Positions 1 through 12,060 are shown, numbered from the stretch's first letter. The stretch is DNA of 64,000 nt from an uncultured Actinomycetota bacterium (GCA_963829525.1 CAWHIJ010000003.1:736001-800000); one strand, 5' to 3'. The notes: generated by a model from the letters alone, not told the origin. A program made the numbers and translations.

Positions 1-1
1 C

Positions 2-415
2 CGTAGCTACGAGCAGCGCACGCCGAAGAAGATGAAAGCCGCGGCTCTTCGCGGCGCCCTCTCCGACCGACTGGCCAACGGCCGGGTCCATGTCGTAACA
101 GCGATAGTCGATGGTGAGACGCCCTCAACCAAGGCAGCGGCAGCGACAGTGGCGCGGCTCTCTGAGCGCCGACATGTTCTAGTCGTGCTCGAGCGAGGTA
201 ACGACACTGCGTGGCTCAGCCTCCGCAACCTCACCCACGTGCACATAGTCACCCCCGACCAACTGAACACTTACGACGTCCTTGTCAGCGATGACGTCGT
301 GTTCACCCAGGCAGCGCTGAACGCGTTGCTCGAGGGCCCGGTGCGCGGGAAGTCGGCAAAGGCGGTCGCCACGTCGACCGAAGCCGCCATTGCAGACGAG
401 GAGGCCCTGGCATGA
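2..415 (+). CDS. rplD: 50S ribosomal protein L4 (5'-truncated by window edge)
   Basis: Frame open from base 2: [23 protein letters not shown]...LSLRNL...QLNTYDVL; precedes rplW. Confidence 0.96.
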   Translation, partial: RSYEQRTPKKMKAAALRGALSDRLANGRVHVVTAIVDGETPSTKAAAATVARLSERRHVLVVLERGNDTAWLSLRNLTHVHIVTPDQLNTYDVLVSDDVVFTQAALNALLEGPVRGKSAKAVATSTEAAIADEEALA

Positions 416-723
416 CCGCCGCCGCTGTCCAGAAGGACCCCCGCGACGTCCTTATCAAGCCGGTGATCTCAGAGAAGAGCTACGGGCTCCTCGATGAGAA
501 CAAGTACACCTTCGAGGTGCACCCTGATGTCAACAAGACCGAGATCAAGATCGCGGTAGAGAAGGTCTTCGGGGTCACCGTTGTCAGCGTCAACACCCTG
601 AACCGTCAGGGCAAGCGTCGTCGCACCCGCACCGGGTGGGGCAAGCGCAAGGACACCAAACGAGCCATCGTCAGTGTCGCCCCCGGCGACCGCATCGACA
701 TCTTCGGCGGTCCGGTCTCCTGA
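412..723 (+). CDS. rplW: 50S ribosomal protein L23
   Basis: PVISEKSY...[14 protein letters not shown]...KRAIV; S10 operon order. Confidence 0.97.
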   Translation: MTAAAVQKDPRDVLIKPVISEKSYGLLDENKYTFEVHPDVNKTEIKIAVEKVFGVTVVSVNTLNRQGKRRRTRTGWGKRKDTKRAIVSVAPGDRIDIFGGPVS

Positions 724-756
724 CCGGCGAGAGCTACCTAAGGACTGTTAAGAGCT

Positions 757-1593
<837 letters not shown>

Positions 1594-1605
1594 GAGCCAC
1601 CAGCG

Positions 1606-1887
1606 ATGCCGCGCAGTCTCAAGAAAGGTCCCTTCGTGGACGACCACCTCGTCAAGAAGGTGGACGCCCAGAACGAGGCCGGTACGCGAAACGTCATCAA
1701 GACGTGGTCTCGGCGCTCGATGATCGTCCCGTCGATGATCGGTCACACGATCGCCGTCCACGATGGTCGCAAGCATGTGCCGGTCTTCATCACCGATGCC
1801 ATGGTTGGTCACAAGCTCGGTGAGTTCGCCCCCACCCGCACCTTCCGTGGCCACGAGAAGGACGACCGGAAAGGACGGCGGCGCTGA
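1606..1887 (+). CDS. rpsS: 30S ribosomal protein S19
   Basis: [12 protein letters not shown]...KTWSRRS...[11 protein letters not shown]. Confidence 0.99.
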   Translation: MPRSLKKGPFVDDHLVKKVDAQNEAGTRNVIKTWSRRSMIVPSMIGHTIAVHDGRKHVPVFITDAMVGHKLGEFAPTRTFRGHEKDDRKGRRR

Positions 1888-2264
1888 TGGCTACCGCTCC
1901 TTCGACCACGAGCGCCCGCAGCACTGCGCGGTACGTCCGCATCACGCCGCAGAAGGCGCGTCGCATGGTCGACCTCATCCGTGGCCTGCCGGCCGCCGAG
2001 GCCAAGACCGTGTTGCGGTTCGCCCCGCAGGCAGCAAGTGAGCCTGTTGGCAAGGTGCTCGACAGCGCCATCGCGAACGCTGAGAACAACCACGGCCTTG
2101 ACGCCGACACTCTGGTCGTCAGCTCTGCCTACGTTGACGAGGGACCGACGCTTAAGCGCTTCCGTCCTCGTGCTCAGGGCAGGGCGTTCCGCATTCGCAA
2201 GCGCACCAGTCACATCACCGTCGTCGTGTCGGAAGACGCGACGCCCGCTGGAAAGAAGGGCTGA
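1887..2264 (+). CDS. rplV: 50S ribosomal protein L22
   Basis: [27 protein letters not shown]...KRTSHITV. Confidence 0.98.
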   Translation: MATAPSTTSARSTARYVRITPQKARRMVDLIRGLPAAEAKTVLRFAPQAASEPVGKVLDSAIANAENNHGLDADTLVVSSAYVDEGPTLKRFRPRAQGRAFRIRKRTSHITVVVSEDATPAGKKG

Positions 2265-2266
2265 CC

Positions 2267-3103
2267 GTGGGTCAGAAGGTCAACCCTCATGGGTTCCGAC
2301 TCGGCATCACCTCCGAGTACACCTCTCGTTGGTACGCCGACAAGGGGTACAAGGACTACGTGAAAGAGGATGTGGCGATCCGCCGCATGCTCTCCAAGGG
2401 CATGGAGCGAGCCGGAATCAGCCGGGTCGACATCGAGCGCACCCGTGATCGCGTGCGCGTCGACATCCACACTGCCCGACCCGGCATCGTCATCGGACGC
2501 CGTGGCGCCGAGGCAGACCGCATTCGCGGCGATCTGGAGAACCTCACGGGCAAGCAGGTGCAGCTCAACATCCTCGAGGTCAAGAACCCCGAGGTAGATG
2601 CTCAGCTGGTGGCTCAGGGTGTGGCCGAGCAGCTCTCCAGCCGGGTCTCCTTCCGCCGTGCGATGCGCAAGGCAATCCAGAGCGCGATGAAGGCAGGCGC
2701 TAAGGGCATCCGCGTGCAGGTCAGCGGTCGCCTTGGCGGAGCTGAGATGTCGCGTACGGAGTTCTACCGCGAAGGTCGTGTGCCGCTGCACACCCTGCGC
2801 GCAGACATCGACTACGGCTTCTACGAGGCCCGCACCACCTTCGGCCGTATCGGCGTCAAGGTGTGGATCTACAAGGGCGATGTCACCGGTTCGCGCGCTG
2901 AGCGGGAGGCGGCGGCCGCCGCTGCCCGTATTGGCCAGCGCGGCGCGCGCCCCCCGGCGCGGGCCCCACGGCCGGCTCGTGGTCGTGATGCCGCCCCGAC
3001 CGCTGAGGCCACTGCCGCCGATGCCGCTGAGCCGACCGCTACCGCCGGGGCCGCCCCAGCAGCGGCTGACCCGGCTCCAGACCAGACGGCGACGGAGGCC
3101 TAG
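2267..3103 (+). CDS. rpsC: 30S ribosomal protein S3
   Basis: [37 protein letters not shown]; Ala/Pro-rich tail. Confidence 0.99.
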   Translation: MGQKVNPHGFRLGITSEYTSRWYADKGYKDYVKEDVAIRRMLSKGMERAGISRVDIERTRDRVRVDIHTARPGIVIGRRGAEADRIRGDLENLTGKQVQLNILEVKNPEVDAQLVAQGVAEQLSSRVSFRRAMRKAIQSAMKAGAKGIRVQVSGRLGGAEMSRTEFYREGRVPLHTLRADIDYGFYEARTTFGRIGVKVWIYKGDVTGSRAEREAAAAAARIGQRGARPPARAPRPARGRDAAPTAEATAADAAEPTATAGAAPAAADPAPDQTATEA

Positions 3104-3106
3104 ACC

Positions 3107-3526
3107 ATGCTGATTCCACGGCGGGTCAAGCACCGCAAGCAGCACCACCCCTCGCGACGCGGCGTCGCCAAGGGCGGAACCAAGGTCACCTTTGGTGAGT
3201 TCGGGATCCAGGCCATGGAGCCCGGCTACATCACCAACCGGCAGATCGAGGCAGCCCGTATCGCGATTACTCGTGCGATCAAGCGCGGTGGGAAGGTCTG
3301 GATCAACATCTACCCAGACCGTCCCCTCACCAAGAAGCCCGCTGAGACACGCATGGGATCGGGTAAGGGTTCGCCGGAGTGGTGGATCGCCAACGTAAAG
3401 CCGGGCCGCGTGATGTTCGAGCTCTCGGGAGTGTCCGAGCCGCTCGCTCGGGAAGCCATGCAGCGTGCTCAGCACAAGCTTCCGATCAAGACTCGTTTCG
3501 TCAAGCGTGAGGCAGGTGAGCTCTGA
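3107..3526 (+). CDS. rplP: 50S ribosomal protein L16
   Basis: [27 protein letters not shown]. Confidence 0.99.
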   Translation: MLIPRRVKHRKQHHPSRRGVAKGGTKVTFGEFGIQAMEPGYITNRQIEAARIAITRAIKRGGKVWINIYPDRPLTKKPAETRMGSGKGSPEWWIANVKPGRVMFELSGVSEPLAREAMQRAQHKLPIKTRFVKREAGEL

Positions 3527-3762
3527 TGCCCATCGGCACCGCAGCCACGGACTATCGCACCCTCGAGACCGAGGAACTGGTCGCGAAGCTCACAGAGGCC
3601 AAGGAGGAGCTCTTCAACCTCCGGTTTCAGGCCGCCACCGGCCAGTTGGAGAACCACGGACGCCTCCTGGCGGTCCGTAAGGACATTGCCCGCATCTACA
3701 CCGTGCTGCGCGAGCGCGAGCTCGGCATCACGTCGGTCGAGACGCCGGAGGATGTGGCATGA
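3526..3762 (+). CDS. rpmC: 50S ribosomal protein L29
   Basis: [18 protein letters not shown]...RKDIARIYT. Confidence 0.97.
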   Translation: MPIGTAATDYRTLETEELVAKLTEAKEELFNLRFQAATGQLENHGRLLAVRKDIARIYTVLRERELGITSVETPEDVA

Positions 3763-4043
3763 GTGAACAGAAGGCGAGCATGAGCAGCCCAGAGCGTTCC
3801 GCGCGCAAGATCCGTGAGGGCCTTGTGGTCAGCGACAAGATGGATAAGACCGTGGTCGTTGCGGTTGAGGACCGTGTCAAGCACCCGCTTTACGGCAAGG
3901 TCGTTCGTCGCACGAACAAGCTCAAGGCACACGACGAGACCAACTCCGCAGGCGTCGGCGACCGCGTTCTTCTGATGGAGACGCGGCCGTTGAGCAGGTC
4001 GAAGCACTGGCGCCTCGTTGAGATCCTCGAGAAGGCCAAGTAG
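3759..4043 (+). CDS. rpsQ: 30S ribosomal protein S17
   Basis: [14 protein letters not shown]...HPLYGK...ETRPLS. Confidence 0.98.
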   Translation: MSEQKASMSSPERSARKIREGLVVSDKMDKTVVVAVEDRVKHPLYGKVVRRTNKLKAHDETNSAGVGDRVLLMETRPLSRSKHWRLVEILEKAK

Positions 4044-4055
4044 GCAGGAGCTGAC

Positions 4056-4424
4056 GTGATCCAGCAGGAGTCGCGACTGAAGGTCGCCGACAACACAGGT
4101 GCCAAGGAGATCTTGTGCATCCGGGTTCTCGGCGGCTCTGGTCGGCGCTACGCCGGTATCGGCGACATCATTGTGGCTACGGTCAAGGACGCCATCCCCG
4201 GCGGTAACGTGAAGAAGGGTGAGGTCGTCAAGGCCGTCATCGTGCGTACCACCAAGGAGCGTCGCCGCCCAGACGGTTCGTACATCAAGTTCGACGAGAA
4301 TGCCGCGGTCATCATCAAAGATGGTGGTGACCCGCGCGGTACCCGCATCTTCGGCCCAGTTGGCCGAGAACTGCGCGACAAGCGCTTCATGCGGATCATC
4401 TCGCTTGCACCGGAGGTGCTCTAG
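4056..4424 (+). CDS. rplN: 50S ribosomal protein L14
   Basis: [17 protein letters not shown]...[13 protein letters not shown]. Confidence 0.99.
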   Translation: MIQQESRLKVADNTGAKEILCIRVLGGSGRRYAGIGDIIVATVKDAIPGGNVKKGEVVKAVIVRTTKERRRPDGSYIKFDENAAVIIKDGGDPRGTRIFGPVGRELRDKRFMRIISLAPEVL

Positions 4425-4426
4425 TC

Positions 4427-4750
4427 ATGCACGTAAGAAAGGGCGACACCGTCATGGTGATCGCGGGTAAAGACAAGGGTGCTGTGGGCAAGGTGATTGC
4501 AGCTTTCCCGGCCCAGGACCGCGTCGTCGTCGAAGGCGTCAACCTGGTTAAGAAGCACACCAAGATCGGTCAGACCAATCGTGGTGCCAAGACTGGCGGG
4601 ATCATTACGCAAGAGGCGTGGATTCACATCTCGAATGTGCTGCCCGTGGTCAAGGTTGACGGTAAGGACGTTCCCACCCGAGTGGGATACCGAGTGGACG
4701 AAGACGGCACCAAGGTTCGCATTGCCAAGCGCACGAACGAGGAACTTTAA
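4427..4750 (+). CDS. rplX: 50S ribosomal protein L24
   Basis: [17 protein letters not shown] motif, [10 protein letters not shown]. Confidence 0.98.
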   Translation: MHVRKGDTVMVIAGKDKGAVGKVIAAFPAQDRVVVEGVNLVKKHTKIGQTNRGAKTGGIITQEAWIHISNVLPVVKVDGKDVPTRVGYRVDEDGTKVRIAKRTNEEL

Positions 4751-4753
4751 GAG

Positions 4754-5332
4754 ATGACTACGACTGACAGCACAATTGTGGCACCAGCGGTGCCGCGGCT
4801 CAAGGTGCGCTACCGCGAAGAGATCGTGCCAGCGTTGCGCGAGGAGTTCGGTTTCGCGAACATCATGCAGGTGCCTGGGGTCACCAAGGTCGTCGTGAAC
4901 ATGGGTGTCGGTGACGCAGCCCGCGACTCCAAGCTCATCGAAGGGGCGATCCGCGACCTCGGCTCCATCACGGGACAACGGCCGACGGTAACCAAGGCGC
5001 GTCAGTCAATCGCCCAGTTCAAGCTCCGTGAGGGCATGCCAATTGGGGCGCACACAACGCTCCGCGGCGACCGCATGTGGGAGTTTCTCGACAGGCTGCT
5101 GTCAGTTGCGCTGCCGCGTATTCGTGACTTCCGTGGACTTTCGCCCCGGCAGTTCGACGGACGCGGCAACTACACCTTTGGTCTCAACGAGCAGAGCATG
5201 TTCCACGAGATCGATCAGGACTCGATCGACCGAGTCCGTGGCATGGACATCACTGTGGTGACCACCGCCAAGACAGACGACGAGGGACGTGCGCTCCTGC
5301 GCGCTCTCGGCTTCCCGTTCAAGGAGAACTGA
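4754..5332 (+). CDS. rplE: 50S ribosomal protein L5
   Basis: [29 protein letters not shown]. Confidence 0.99.
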   Translation: MTTTDSTIVAPAVPRLKVRYREEIVPALREEFGFANIMQVPGVTKVVVNMGVGDAARDSKLIEGAIRDLGSITGQRPTVTKARQSIAQFKLREGMPIGAHTTLRGDRMWEFLDRLLSVALPRIRDFRGLSPRQFDGRGNYTFGLNEQSMFHEIDQDSIDRVRGMDITVVTTAKTDDEGRALLRALGFPFKEN

Positions 5333-5334
5333 GC

Positions 5335-5520
5335 GTGGCAAAGAAGGCGCTGGTCAACAAAGCGGCCCGCAAGCCGAAGTTCGCGGTGCGCGGATACACA
5401 AGGTGCAACGTGTGCGGTCGTCCGCACTCGGTGTACCGCAAGTTCGGGCTCTGTCGTGTCTGCCTGAGAAACATGGCACACCGTGGAGAGCTTCCCGGCG
5501 TCACCAAGAGCAGCTGGTAA
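5335..5520 (+). CDS. rpsN: 30S ribosomal protein S14 (short Zn-binding type)
   Basis: 61 aa with RCNVCGR and LCRVC zinc-ribbon motifs. Confidence 0.97.
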   Translation: MAKKALVNKAARKPKFAVRGYTRCNVCGRPHSVYRKFGLCRVCLRNMAHRGELPGVTKSSW

Positions 5521-5593
5521 CCACACATCCCTACGCCGTAGGTCCCCAGAGACAAGTGCAGCGGAAACCGCGGCGAGAGAGAGTTAACGAATC

Positions 5594-5998
5594 ATGACGA
5601 TGACCGACCCGATCGCAGACATGCTGACGCGTCTGCGTAACGCCAACTCGGCGTTCCACGAAGATGTTGCCATGCCCTCAAGCAAGATCAAGCAGGGCAT
5701 TGCACAGATCCTGCAAGACCAAGGATACGTGAAGAGCTGGCACGTCAAGCAAGAAGAGGGCGCACCTGGCGAGACGCTGGTGATCGATCTGAAGTTCGGT
5801 CCGCAGCGTGAGCGTTCGATCGCCGGTATCCGTCGCATCTCCAAGCCAGGTCTTCGCGTCTACGCGAAAGCGACGGCGATGCCGCGCGTCCTCGGCGGCC
5901 TAGGTATCGCGATCATCTCGACCTCTTCAGGGCTGATGACCGACAAGCAGGCGACCAAGAAGGGCGTAGGTGGGGAAGTCCTCGCCTACGTCTGGTAA
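5594..5998 (+). CDS. rpsH: 30S ribosomal protein S8
   Basis: [34 protein letters not shown]. Confidence 0.99.
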   Translation: MTMTDPIADMLTRLRNANSAFHEDVAMPSSKIKQGIAQILQDQGYVKSWHVKQEEGAPGETLVIDLKFGPQRERSIAGIRRISKPGLRVYAKATAMPRVLGGLGIAIISTSSGLMTDKQATKKGVGGEVLAYVW

Positions 5999-6010
5999 GC
6001 GGGGTCTGAC

Positions 6011-6550
6011 ATGTCGCGCATTGGCAAGCTTCCCATCGCCGTTCCCTCTGGGGTCGACATCGCGATTGAAGGACAGGACGTCACGGTCAAGGGTCCGAAG
6101 GGCACCTTGAGCCACACGATCGCCACCCCGCTGACGGTTGAGCGGTCAGAGGCAGGTGACCTCGTCGTGAACCGTCCAGACGATGAGCGCCTTTCGAAGT
6201 CGCTGCACGGACTGACCCGAACGTTGGTGGCCAACATGGTCACAGGGGTTACCGACGGGTATGAGAAGAAGCTCGAGATCGTCGGCGTCGGCTACCGTGT
6301 CATCGCTAAGGGCAAAGACCTCGAGTTCGCCGTCGGTTACAGCCACCCTGTTGTTGTGACCCCTCCTGAGGGCATCACCTTCGCAGTCGAGAGCCCCACG
6401 AAGTTCGCGGTGGCCGGCATCGACAAGCAGCAGGTGGGGCAGGTTGCTGCCAACATCCGCAAGATCCGTAAGCCTGAGCCATACAAGGGTAAGGGCATCC
6501 GGTACGCCGGTGAGCACGTCCGCCGCAAGGTCGGAAAGGCTGGTAAGTAG
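6011..6550 (+). CDS. rplF: 50S ribosomal protein L6
   Basis: [22 protein letters not shown]. Confidence 0.99.
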   Translation: MSRIGKLPIAVPSGVDIAIEGQDVTVKGPKGTLSHTIATPLTVERSEAGDLVVNRPDDERLSKSLHGLTRTLVANMVTGVTDGYEKKLEIVGVGYRVIAKGKDLEFAVGYSHPVVVTPPEGITFAVESPTKFAVAGIDKQQVGQVAANIRKIRKPEPYKGKGIRYAGEHVRRKVGKAGK

Positions 6551-6552
6551 TC

Positions 6553-6933
6553 ATGGCACTGTCCACAAAGCCAGGACGCCGCACGGCCCGGCAGGCGTCC
6601 CGCGCCCGCCGGCACCTGCGCGTCCGCAAGAAGGTCGAAGGCACCCCGGTGCGACCGCGGCTCGTCGTCAACCGATCGGCTCGGCACGTGTTCGTCCAGG
6701 TGATCGACGACGAGGCCGGCCGCACGCTGGCGTCAGCGTCGACGATGGAGAACGATGTCCGAGTCGCTGACGGCGACAAGACAGCCAAGGCCCGCAAGGT
6801 CGGTTCCCTGGTCGCTGAGCGAGCCAAGGCTGCCGGAGTCGAGTCCGTGGTCTTCGACCGCGGGGGTAACCGCTACACCGGCAGGGTCGCTGCTTTGGCA
6901 GATGGCGCCCGCGAAGCCGGACTGAACTTCTGA
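6553..6933 (+). CDS. rplR: 50S ribosomal protein L18
   Basis: [16 protein letters not shown]...[15 protein letters not shown]. Confidence 0.98.
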   Translation: MALSTKPGRRTARQASRARRHLRVRKKVEGTPVRPRLVVNRSARHVFVQVIDDEAGRTLASASTMENDVRVADGDKTAKARKVGSLVAERAKAAGVESVVFDRGGNRYTGRVAALADGAREAGLNF

Positions 6934-6964
6934 TCCCGATCATCGAAAAAGAGGAAACAACCAC

Positions 6965-7558
6965 ATGAGCAGCGCACCTTCGCGCCGCGGTAGCGGCGGT
7001 GGCAACGAGCGTCGCGGTCGCCGCGGCGACGCCGCCGACAAGACGCAGTACGTCGAGCGCGTCGTCGCCATCAACCGTGTGGCCAAGGTGGTCAAGGGCG
7101 GACGTCGTTTCAGCTTCACCGCCCTGGTCGTCGTCGGCGACGGTGACGGCACCGTCGGCGTTGGCTACGGCAAGGCCAAAGAGGTCCCGGCCGCGATCGC
7201 CAAGGGTGTCGAGGAAGCCAAGAAGAACTTCTTCAAGGTGCCTCGGATCCAGGGCACCATCCCGCACCCCGTCCAGGGTGAGAAGGCCGCAGGCGTCGTC
7301 CTGCTGAAGCCAGCCGCCCCAGGTACCGGTGTCATCGCCGGTGGTCCGGTGCGTGCGGTCCTTGAGGCAGCCGGAATCCATGATGTGCTCAGCAAGTCGC
7401 TCGGATCGTCCAACGCCATCAACATCGTGCACGCCACCGTTACCGCCCTTAAGAGCTTGGAGCGCCCCGAGCAAGTTGCGGCGCGCCGTGGCCTGCCGCT
7501 GGAGGACGTGGCCCCCGAGGGCCTACTGAAGGCGCGCGCCGCCGGGATGAGCTCCTGA
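6965..7558 (+). CDS. rpsE: 30S ribosomal protein S5
   Basis: [39 protein letters not shown]. Confidence 0.99.
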   Translation: MSSAPSRRGSGGGNERRGRRGDAADKTQYVERVVAINRVAKVVKGGRRFSFTALVVVGDGDGTVGVGYGKAKEVPAAIAKGVEEAKKNFFKVPRIQGTIPHPVQGEKAAGVVLLKPAAPGTGVIAGGPVRAVLEAAGIHDVLSKSLGSSNAINIVHATVTALKSLERPEQVAARRGLPLEDVAPEGLLKARAAGMSS

Positions 7559-7740
7559 TGGGTCGGATCAAGGTCACGCAGCGGAAGTCCGTCATCGGTG
7601 GCACGACCAGCCAGCGCAACTCCATTCGTTCGCTGGGGCTGAAGCGCATCGGTGACGTTGTCGTCAAGGAAGACCGCCCCGAAATCCGGGGAATGGTCAG
7701 CACGGTGTCGCACCTGGTCACCGTTGAGGAGGTTGACTGA
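7558..7740 (+). CDS. rpmD: 50S ribosomal protein L30
   Basis: 60 aa, [10 protein letters not shown]...LGLKRIG...RGMV; between rpsE and rplO. Confidence 0.96.
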   Translation: MGRIKVTQRKSVIGGTTSQRNSIRSLGLKRIGDVVVKEDRPEIRGMVSTVSHLVTVEEVD

Positions 7741-7741
7741 C

Positions 7742-8182
7742 ATGACGCTCAAGGTTCATCACTTGCGTCCGGCTCCAGGAGCCAAGACGGCCAAGACCCG
7801 CGTGGGCCGAGGTGAGGGTTCGAAGGGCAAGACCGCTGGTCGCGGCACCAAGGGCACCAAGGCGCGCTACCAGGTTCCCGCTGGCTTTGAGGGCGGTCAG
7901 ATGCCCCTGCACATGCGGCTGCCGAAGCTTCGCGGCTTCAAGAACCGCAACCGTGTGGAATACCAGGTAGTCAACCTGGCCAAGCTCGAGGCGCTCTTCC
8001 CTGAGGGTGGCACGGTCGGTGTCGACGAAATGGTGGCCGCTGGCGCAGTTCGTAAGGATCGTCCGGTGAAGGTCTTGGGCAACGGCGATCTGACCGTCAC
8101 GCTCCAAGTGACGGCGCACAAGTTCTCCGAGACAGCCAAGACCAAGATCGTCGCCGCTGGCGGATCGACCACAGAGCTCTAG
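7742..8182 (+). CDS. rplO: 50S ribosomal protein L15
   Basis: [33 protein letters not shown]; ATG at 7742 directly after rpmD stop. Confidence 0.98.
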   Translation: MTLKVHHLRPAPGAKTAKTRVGRGEGSKGKTAGRGTKGTKARYQVPAGFEGGQMPLHMRLPKLRGFKNRNRVEYQVVNLAKLEALFPEGGTVGVDEMVAAGAVRKDRPVKVLGNGDLTVTLQVTAHKFSETAKTKIVAAGGSTTEL

Positions 8183-8189
8183 ACCCCCT

Positions 8190-8218
8190 CCGAGCCGTGG
8201 CCGCGTGCCGCGGCTCGG
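8190..8218 (+). terminator. GC-rich hairpin after rplO
   Basis: CCGAGCCGTGGC / GCCGCGGCTCGG 12-bp stem (one G-U), no U-tract; followed by TAGGGT, a possible -10 for secY. Confidence 0.55.
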
Positions 8219-8264
8219 CTGTTAGGGTCCCTGAGATGACCATCCGCGGGGAGGACCAGCTGTG

Positions 8265-9557
8265 ATGCTTCGAGTGTTCGGGCAGGCGTTCCGCACGCCT
8301 GACTTGCGCACGAAGATCTTGTTCACGCTGTCCATGATCGGGATCTACCGCATCGGATCGTACGTTCCGACGCCTGGGGTCGACTATCCAGCGGTTCAGA
8401 CCTGCCTCGACGCTGTGAAGGGCGACAGCCTCTATGCGCTGATCAACCTCTTCAGTGGTGGCGCGCTCCTGCAACTGTCGATATTCGCACTCGGGATCAT
8501 GCCGTACATCACCGCGAGCATCATTCTGCAGCTGCTGACCGTGGTGATTCCGCGGCTGGAGACCCTCAAGAAGGAGGGACAGGCCGGAACCGCCAAGATC
8601 ACCCAGTACACCCGCTACCTGACCATCGGGCTGGCGATCTTGCAGTCGACGGGAATCATCGCCCTGGCGCGTTCCGGCCAGCTGCTGCAGGGCTGTCCTG
8701 AGCCGATCATTCCCGACAACTCGATCCAGATGACGTTCACGATGATTGCGATCATGACCGCAGGTACTGCGGTCATCATGTGGCTCGGTGAGCTCATCAC
8801 GGACCGCGGGATCGGCAACGGAATGTCGCTGATGATCTTCACCTCGATCATCGCGGGGTTCCCCGGACAGCTCAGCGCGATCTACGCCAGCCGTGGCGCG
8901 TGGACGATCCTCGTCGTCCTGGTCGTCGGTCTGGCCGTCGTCGCCTTCGTGGTTCTTATGGAACAGGCGCAGCGACGCATCCCTGTGCAGTACGCCAAAC
9001 GCATGGTGGGACGGCGTCAGTACGGCGGCTCGTCGACCTACATCCCGATCAAGGTCAACCAGGCCGGTGTCATCCCGGTCATCTTTGCATCGTCGATGCT
9101 CTACCTCCCAGTGCTCTTCGTCACCCTCAGCAACAACACGGGCGCGCTCAACACGTGGGTCCAGACGCACCTGGTGCGCGGAAGCGGTGCCTGGTACGCG
9201 TTGCTCTTCTTTGCGTTAACTATCTTCTTCACGTACTTCTACGTAGCGATTACCTTCAACTCCGACGACATCGCCGACAACATGAAGAAGTACGGCGGCT
9301 TCATCCCAGGAATCCGAGCTGGACGACCGACCGCTGAGTACCTCGACTATGTCCTGACGCGTCTTACCGCGGTCGGCGCGGTCTACCTGGCGGCGATCGC
9401 GGTGATCCCGATCGTGGTCTTCGCCAGCTTCGGTCAGGGCCAAAACTTCCTCTTCGGAGGCACGTCCATCCTGATCATGGTCGGCGTCGGTCTCGACACG
9501 GTAAAGCAGATCGAGAGCCAGCTCCAGCAGCGGTCGTACGAAGGGTTCTTGCGCTAG
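8265..9557 (+). CDS. secY: Preprotein translocase subunit SecY
   Basis: SIFALGIMPYITASII, WLGELIT...GIGNGMSL, IPGIRAGRPT, GGTSILIMVGV. Confidence 0.99.
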   Translation: MLRVFGQAFRTPDLRTKILFTLSMIGIYRIGSYVPTPGVDYPAVQTCLDAVKGDSLYALINLFSGGALLQLSIFALGIMPYITASIILQLLTVVIPRLETLKKEGQAGTAKITQYTRYLTIGLAILQSTGIIALARSGQLLQGCPEPIIPDNSIQMTFTMIAIMTAGTAVIMWLGELITDRGIGNGMSLMIFTSIIAGFPGQLSAIYASRGAWTILVVLVVGLAVVAFVVLMEQAQRRIPVQYAKRMVGRRQYGGSSTYIPIKVNQAGVIPVIFASSMLYLPVLFVTLSNNTGALNTWVQTHLVRGSGAWYALLFFALTIFFTYFYVAITFNSDDIADNMKKYGGFIPGIRAGRPTAEYLDYVLTRLTAVGAVYLAAIAVIPIVVFASFGQGQNFLFGGTSILIMVGVGLDTVKQIESQLQQRSYEGFLR

Positions 9558-10114
9558 TGCGTCTTGTACTCATCGGACCGCCTGGGGCTGGCAAGGGCAC
9601 ACAGGCCGCTGTCATCGCGGCCAAGCTCGGCATCCCGCACATCTCGACGGGCGATATCTTCCGAGCCAATGTCGGCGAGGAGACGGCTCTGGGACTTGAG
9701 GCGAAGAAGTACATGGATGCGGGTCAGCTCGTTCCCGACGAGGTCACCAACGCCATGGTGGCAGATCGCCTCACCGACCCGGACGTCGTTCCGGGCTTTC
9801 TGCTCGACGGCTACCCGCGCAACTTGGGCCAGGCCGACGTCCTTGCTGACTATCTTGACTCGGCCCACACGCCCCTCGACGCAGTCGTCGAGATCGTTGT
9901 CGACAGCGAAGCCGTCGTCGCTCGGCTGCTGGCTCGAGGTCAGGGGCGCGCAGACGATACCGAGGACGTGATCCGGCACCGCCTGGACGTCTACGCATCT
10001 GAAACGGCACCGTTGGTGGGTTACTACCGAGAACGCGGACTGCTCCGCGTGGTCGACGGTGTCGGCTCGGTCGACGACGTTACTGCCCGCATCCTCGCTG
10101 TGCTTTCGGCCTGA
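9557..10114 (+). CDS. adk: Adenylate kinase (short LID type)
   Basis: GPPGAGKGTQA, HISTGDIFR, LLDGYPRN, RADD. Confidence 0.98.
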   Translation: MRLVLIGPPGAGKGTQAAVIAAKLGIPHISTGDIFRANVGEETALGLEAKKYMDAGQLVPDEVTNAMVADRLTDPDVVPGFLLDGYPRNLGQADVLADYLDSAHTPLDAVVEIVVDSEAVVARLLARGQGRADDTEDVIRHRLDVYASETAPLVGYYRERGLLRVVDGVGSVDDVTARILAVLSA

Positions 10115-10120
10115 GCATCG

Positions 10121-10945
10121 ATGTTCGGCCGGAGGAGCTCGATCGAGCTTAAAAAGCCGGAGCAGTTCGAGAAGATGCGCGCGGCAGGGATCGTGGTCGC
10201 CGACACCCTCCAGCGGCTGCGCGAGTCCCTGGCTCCCGGGATCACCACAGCAGACCTCGACGCCATCGCCCGTGAGGCGATCGCTTCAGCCGGCGCCACC
10301 CCGTCGTTTCTGGGCTACCACGGTTTTCCTGCGGTGATCTGTACGTCGGTCAACGAAGAGATCGTCCACGGCATCCCTGGCTCGCGCGTGATCAATGACG
10401 GTGACCTGGTCTCGATCGACTGCGGGGCGATAGTCGAGGGGTGGCATGGCGACGCCGCCTTCTCCGCCACCGTTGGGGATGCTGCCCACGAGGTAACTGA
10501 GCTGCTAAAAGTGACCGAGACCGCACTTTGGCGGGGCATCGCCAAGGCGTGCGCCGGTGGACGTCTGAGCGACATCGGTCATGCCGTCGAGTCGCACGTC
10601 CGGGCCTCGGGGGACTACGGAATCGTTGAGGAGTTTGTCGGTCACGGGATCGGCACTTCGATGCACATGGAGCCGAGCGTCCCCAATTACGGCCAGCCTG
10701 GCCACGGGCCGAAGCTGGAAGCAGGCATGGCGCTGGCGATTGAACCGATGATCAACCTCGGTGTCCGGCACACCAAGACTCTCGACGACGACTGGACGGT
10801 CGTCACCATTGACGGGCGCTGGTCGGCCCACTTCGAGCACACCGTGGCGATCACCGCTGCCGGACCCTGGGTGCTCACCGCCCACGACGGGGGAGCGGAG
10901 CGTCTGCGTGCCCTGGGCGTCCCCACGCCCGCCGTACCCGTCTAG
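10121..10945 (+). CDS. map: Methionine aminopeptidase type I
   Basis: SVNEEIVHGIP, GHGIG, AIEPM, SAHFEHTVAIT. Confidence 0.98.
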   Translation: MFGRRSSIELKKPEQFEKMRAAGIVVADTLQRLRESLAPGITTADLDAIAREAIASAGATPSFLGYHGFPAVICTSVNEEIVHGIPGSRVINDGDLVSIDCGAIVEGWHGDAAFSATVGDAAHEVTELLKVTETALWRGIAKACAGGRLSDIGHAVESHVRASGDYGIVEEFVGHGIGTSMHMEPSVPNYGQPGHGPKLEAGMALAIEPMINLGVRHTKTLDDDWTVVTIDGRWSAHFEHTVAITAAGPWVLTAHDGGAERLRALGVPTPAVPV

Positions 10946-11080
10946 ACGCCCGCACGATGATCAAATGACCTGGTCGTTAGGGGGCTGGGTTGGCGGCCGA
11001 ACGCCACCCTTGTGCGCCAGCACCACGTTGGCTCCGCCGACGGAGGTGAACGGGCACCTTCCCTAGTTTGGCGGTCGGGA

Positions 11081-11109
11081 TTGCATTAAACGACCCTCTC
11101 TGGCACACT
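11081..11109 (+). promoter_or_regulatory. Housekeeping sigma promoter of the TauE gene
   Basis: TTGCAT-N17-CACACT, 33 nt upstream of ATG 11143. Confidence 0.55.
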
Positions 11110-11142
11110 TTTCCCACTAAGTCACTAGGAAAGGGTGTCATT

Positions 11143-12060
11143 ATGTGGTTCTTCGCGGCATTCGCGATCGCCGGCGGCGCGGCACAGTTCGTGGATGGAA
11201 CGTTGGGGATGGGTTTCGGTGTCACCTCGGCGACGATCCTGCTCTACATGGGAGTTAGCGCGGCAGCGGCATCCGCGGCCACCCATATGGCCAAGCTTCC
11301 GACCACCTTTGTGTCCGGGCTCGCCCACTGGCGCCAGGGCAACGTCGACAAGGGCACGTTCGTCCGTATCGCCATCCCCGGTGGCATCGCTGCCTTCATC
11401 GGGGCCGTGGTGCTGGTCAATCTCAGCCTCGAGACCGCCAAAACCTGGATGGCCGGCCTCCTGCTTTTCTTCGGACTGGTGATCATGCTGCGATTCGGCT
11501 TCAACAGGCGGCTGATCCCGGCGCCCAAGCGCGGTCACGGCGCCCTATGGCTCAGCCCCCTCGGAGCCCTGGGCGGTTTCACCGACGCCATGGGCGGGGG
11601 CGGCTGGGGGCCGGTGGTCACCCCGTCAGTTATGACCGTCACCAACCACGAGCCACGCAAGGTTGTCGGCTCAGTGAATGCGGCTGAGTTCTTCGTGGCG
11701 GTCTGTGCCTCCCTTGGCTTCCTGACCGGGGCGGACCAGATCGAGGAGAACATGCCGTGGCTGGCGGTTCTGGGGCTAATCACCGGAGGCGTGATCGTCG
11801 CACCCTTCGCCGCGCGGCTCGCCGGGCGCCTTCCCCATCACGTCATGGGGACGTTGGTCGGTGGCCTGATGCTGATCGTCAACGGCAGCGTCATCGGAAA
11901 GTCGCTCGGAGTGCCCACTGCGGCGGGCCTTACGAGCACGGCTATCGCGCTGCTGCTGACGGCCGCAGTCGCGTGGCGTGCCTACGGCTACGATCGGGCG
12001 GAGCGGGCCAAGCACAGCCACACCGATGAAGACGCCCCGGCATTGGAGCACATGCCCTAG
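11143..12060 (+). CDS. Sulfite exporter TauE/SafE (TSUP) family membrane protein
   Basis: AQFVDGTLGMGFGV, HWRQGNVD, DAMGGGGWGPVVTP, PRKVVGSVNAAEF; multiple TM helices. Confidence 0.88.
   Translation: MWFFAAFAIAGGAAQFVDGTLGMGFGVTSATILLYMGVSAAAASAATHMAKLPTTFVSGLAHWRQGNVDKGTFVRIAIPGGIAAFIGAVVLVNLSLETAKTWMAGLLLFFGLVIMLRFGFNRRLIPAPKRGHGALWLSPLGALGGFTDAMGGGGWGPVVTPSVMTVTNHEPRKVVGSVNAAEFFVAVCASLGFLTGADQIEENMPWLAVLGLITGGVIVAPFAARLAGRLPHHVMGTLVGGLMLIVNGSVIGKSLGVPTAAGLTSTAIALLLTAAVAWRAYGYDRAERAKHSHTDEDAPALEHMP

Noticed and set aside
10946-11080. Possible SAM or other riboswitch upstream of the TauE gene
   Set aside because: Only generic hairpins; SAM-I/SAM-IV core motifs not found in order, and the region lies upstream of the predicted promoter.
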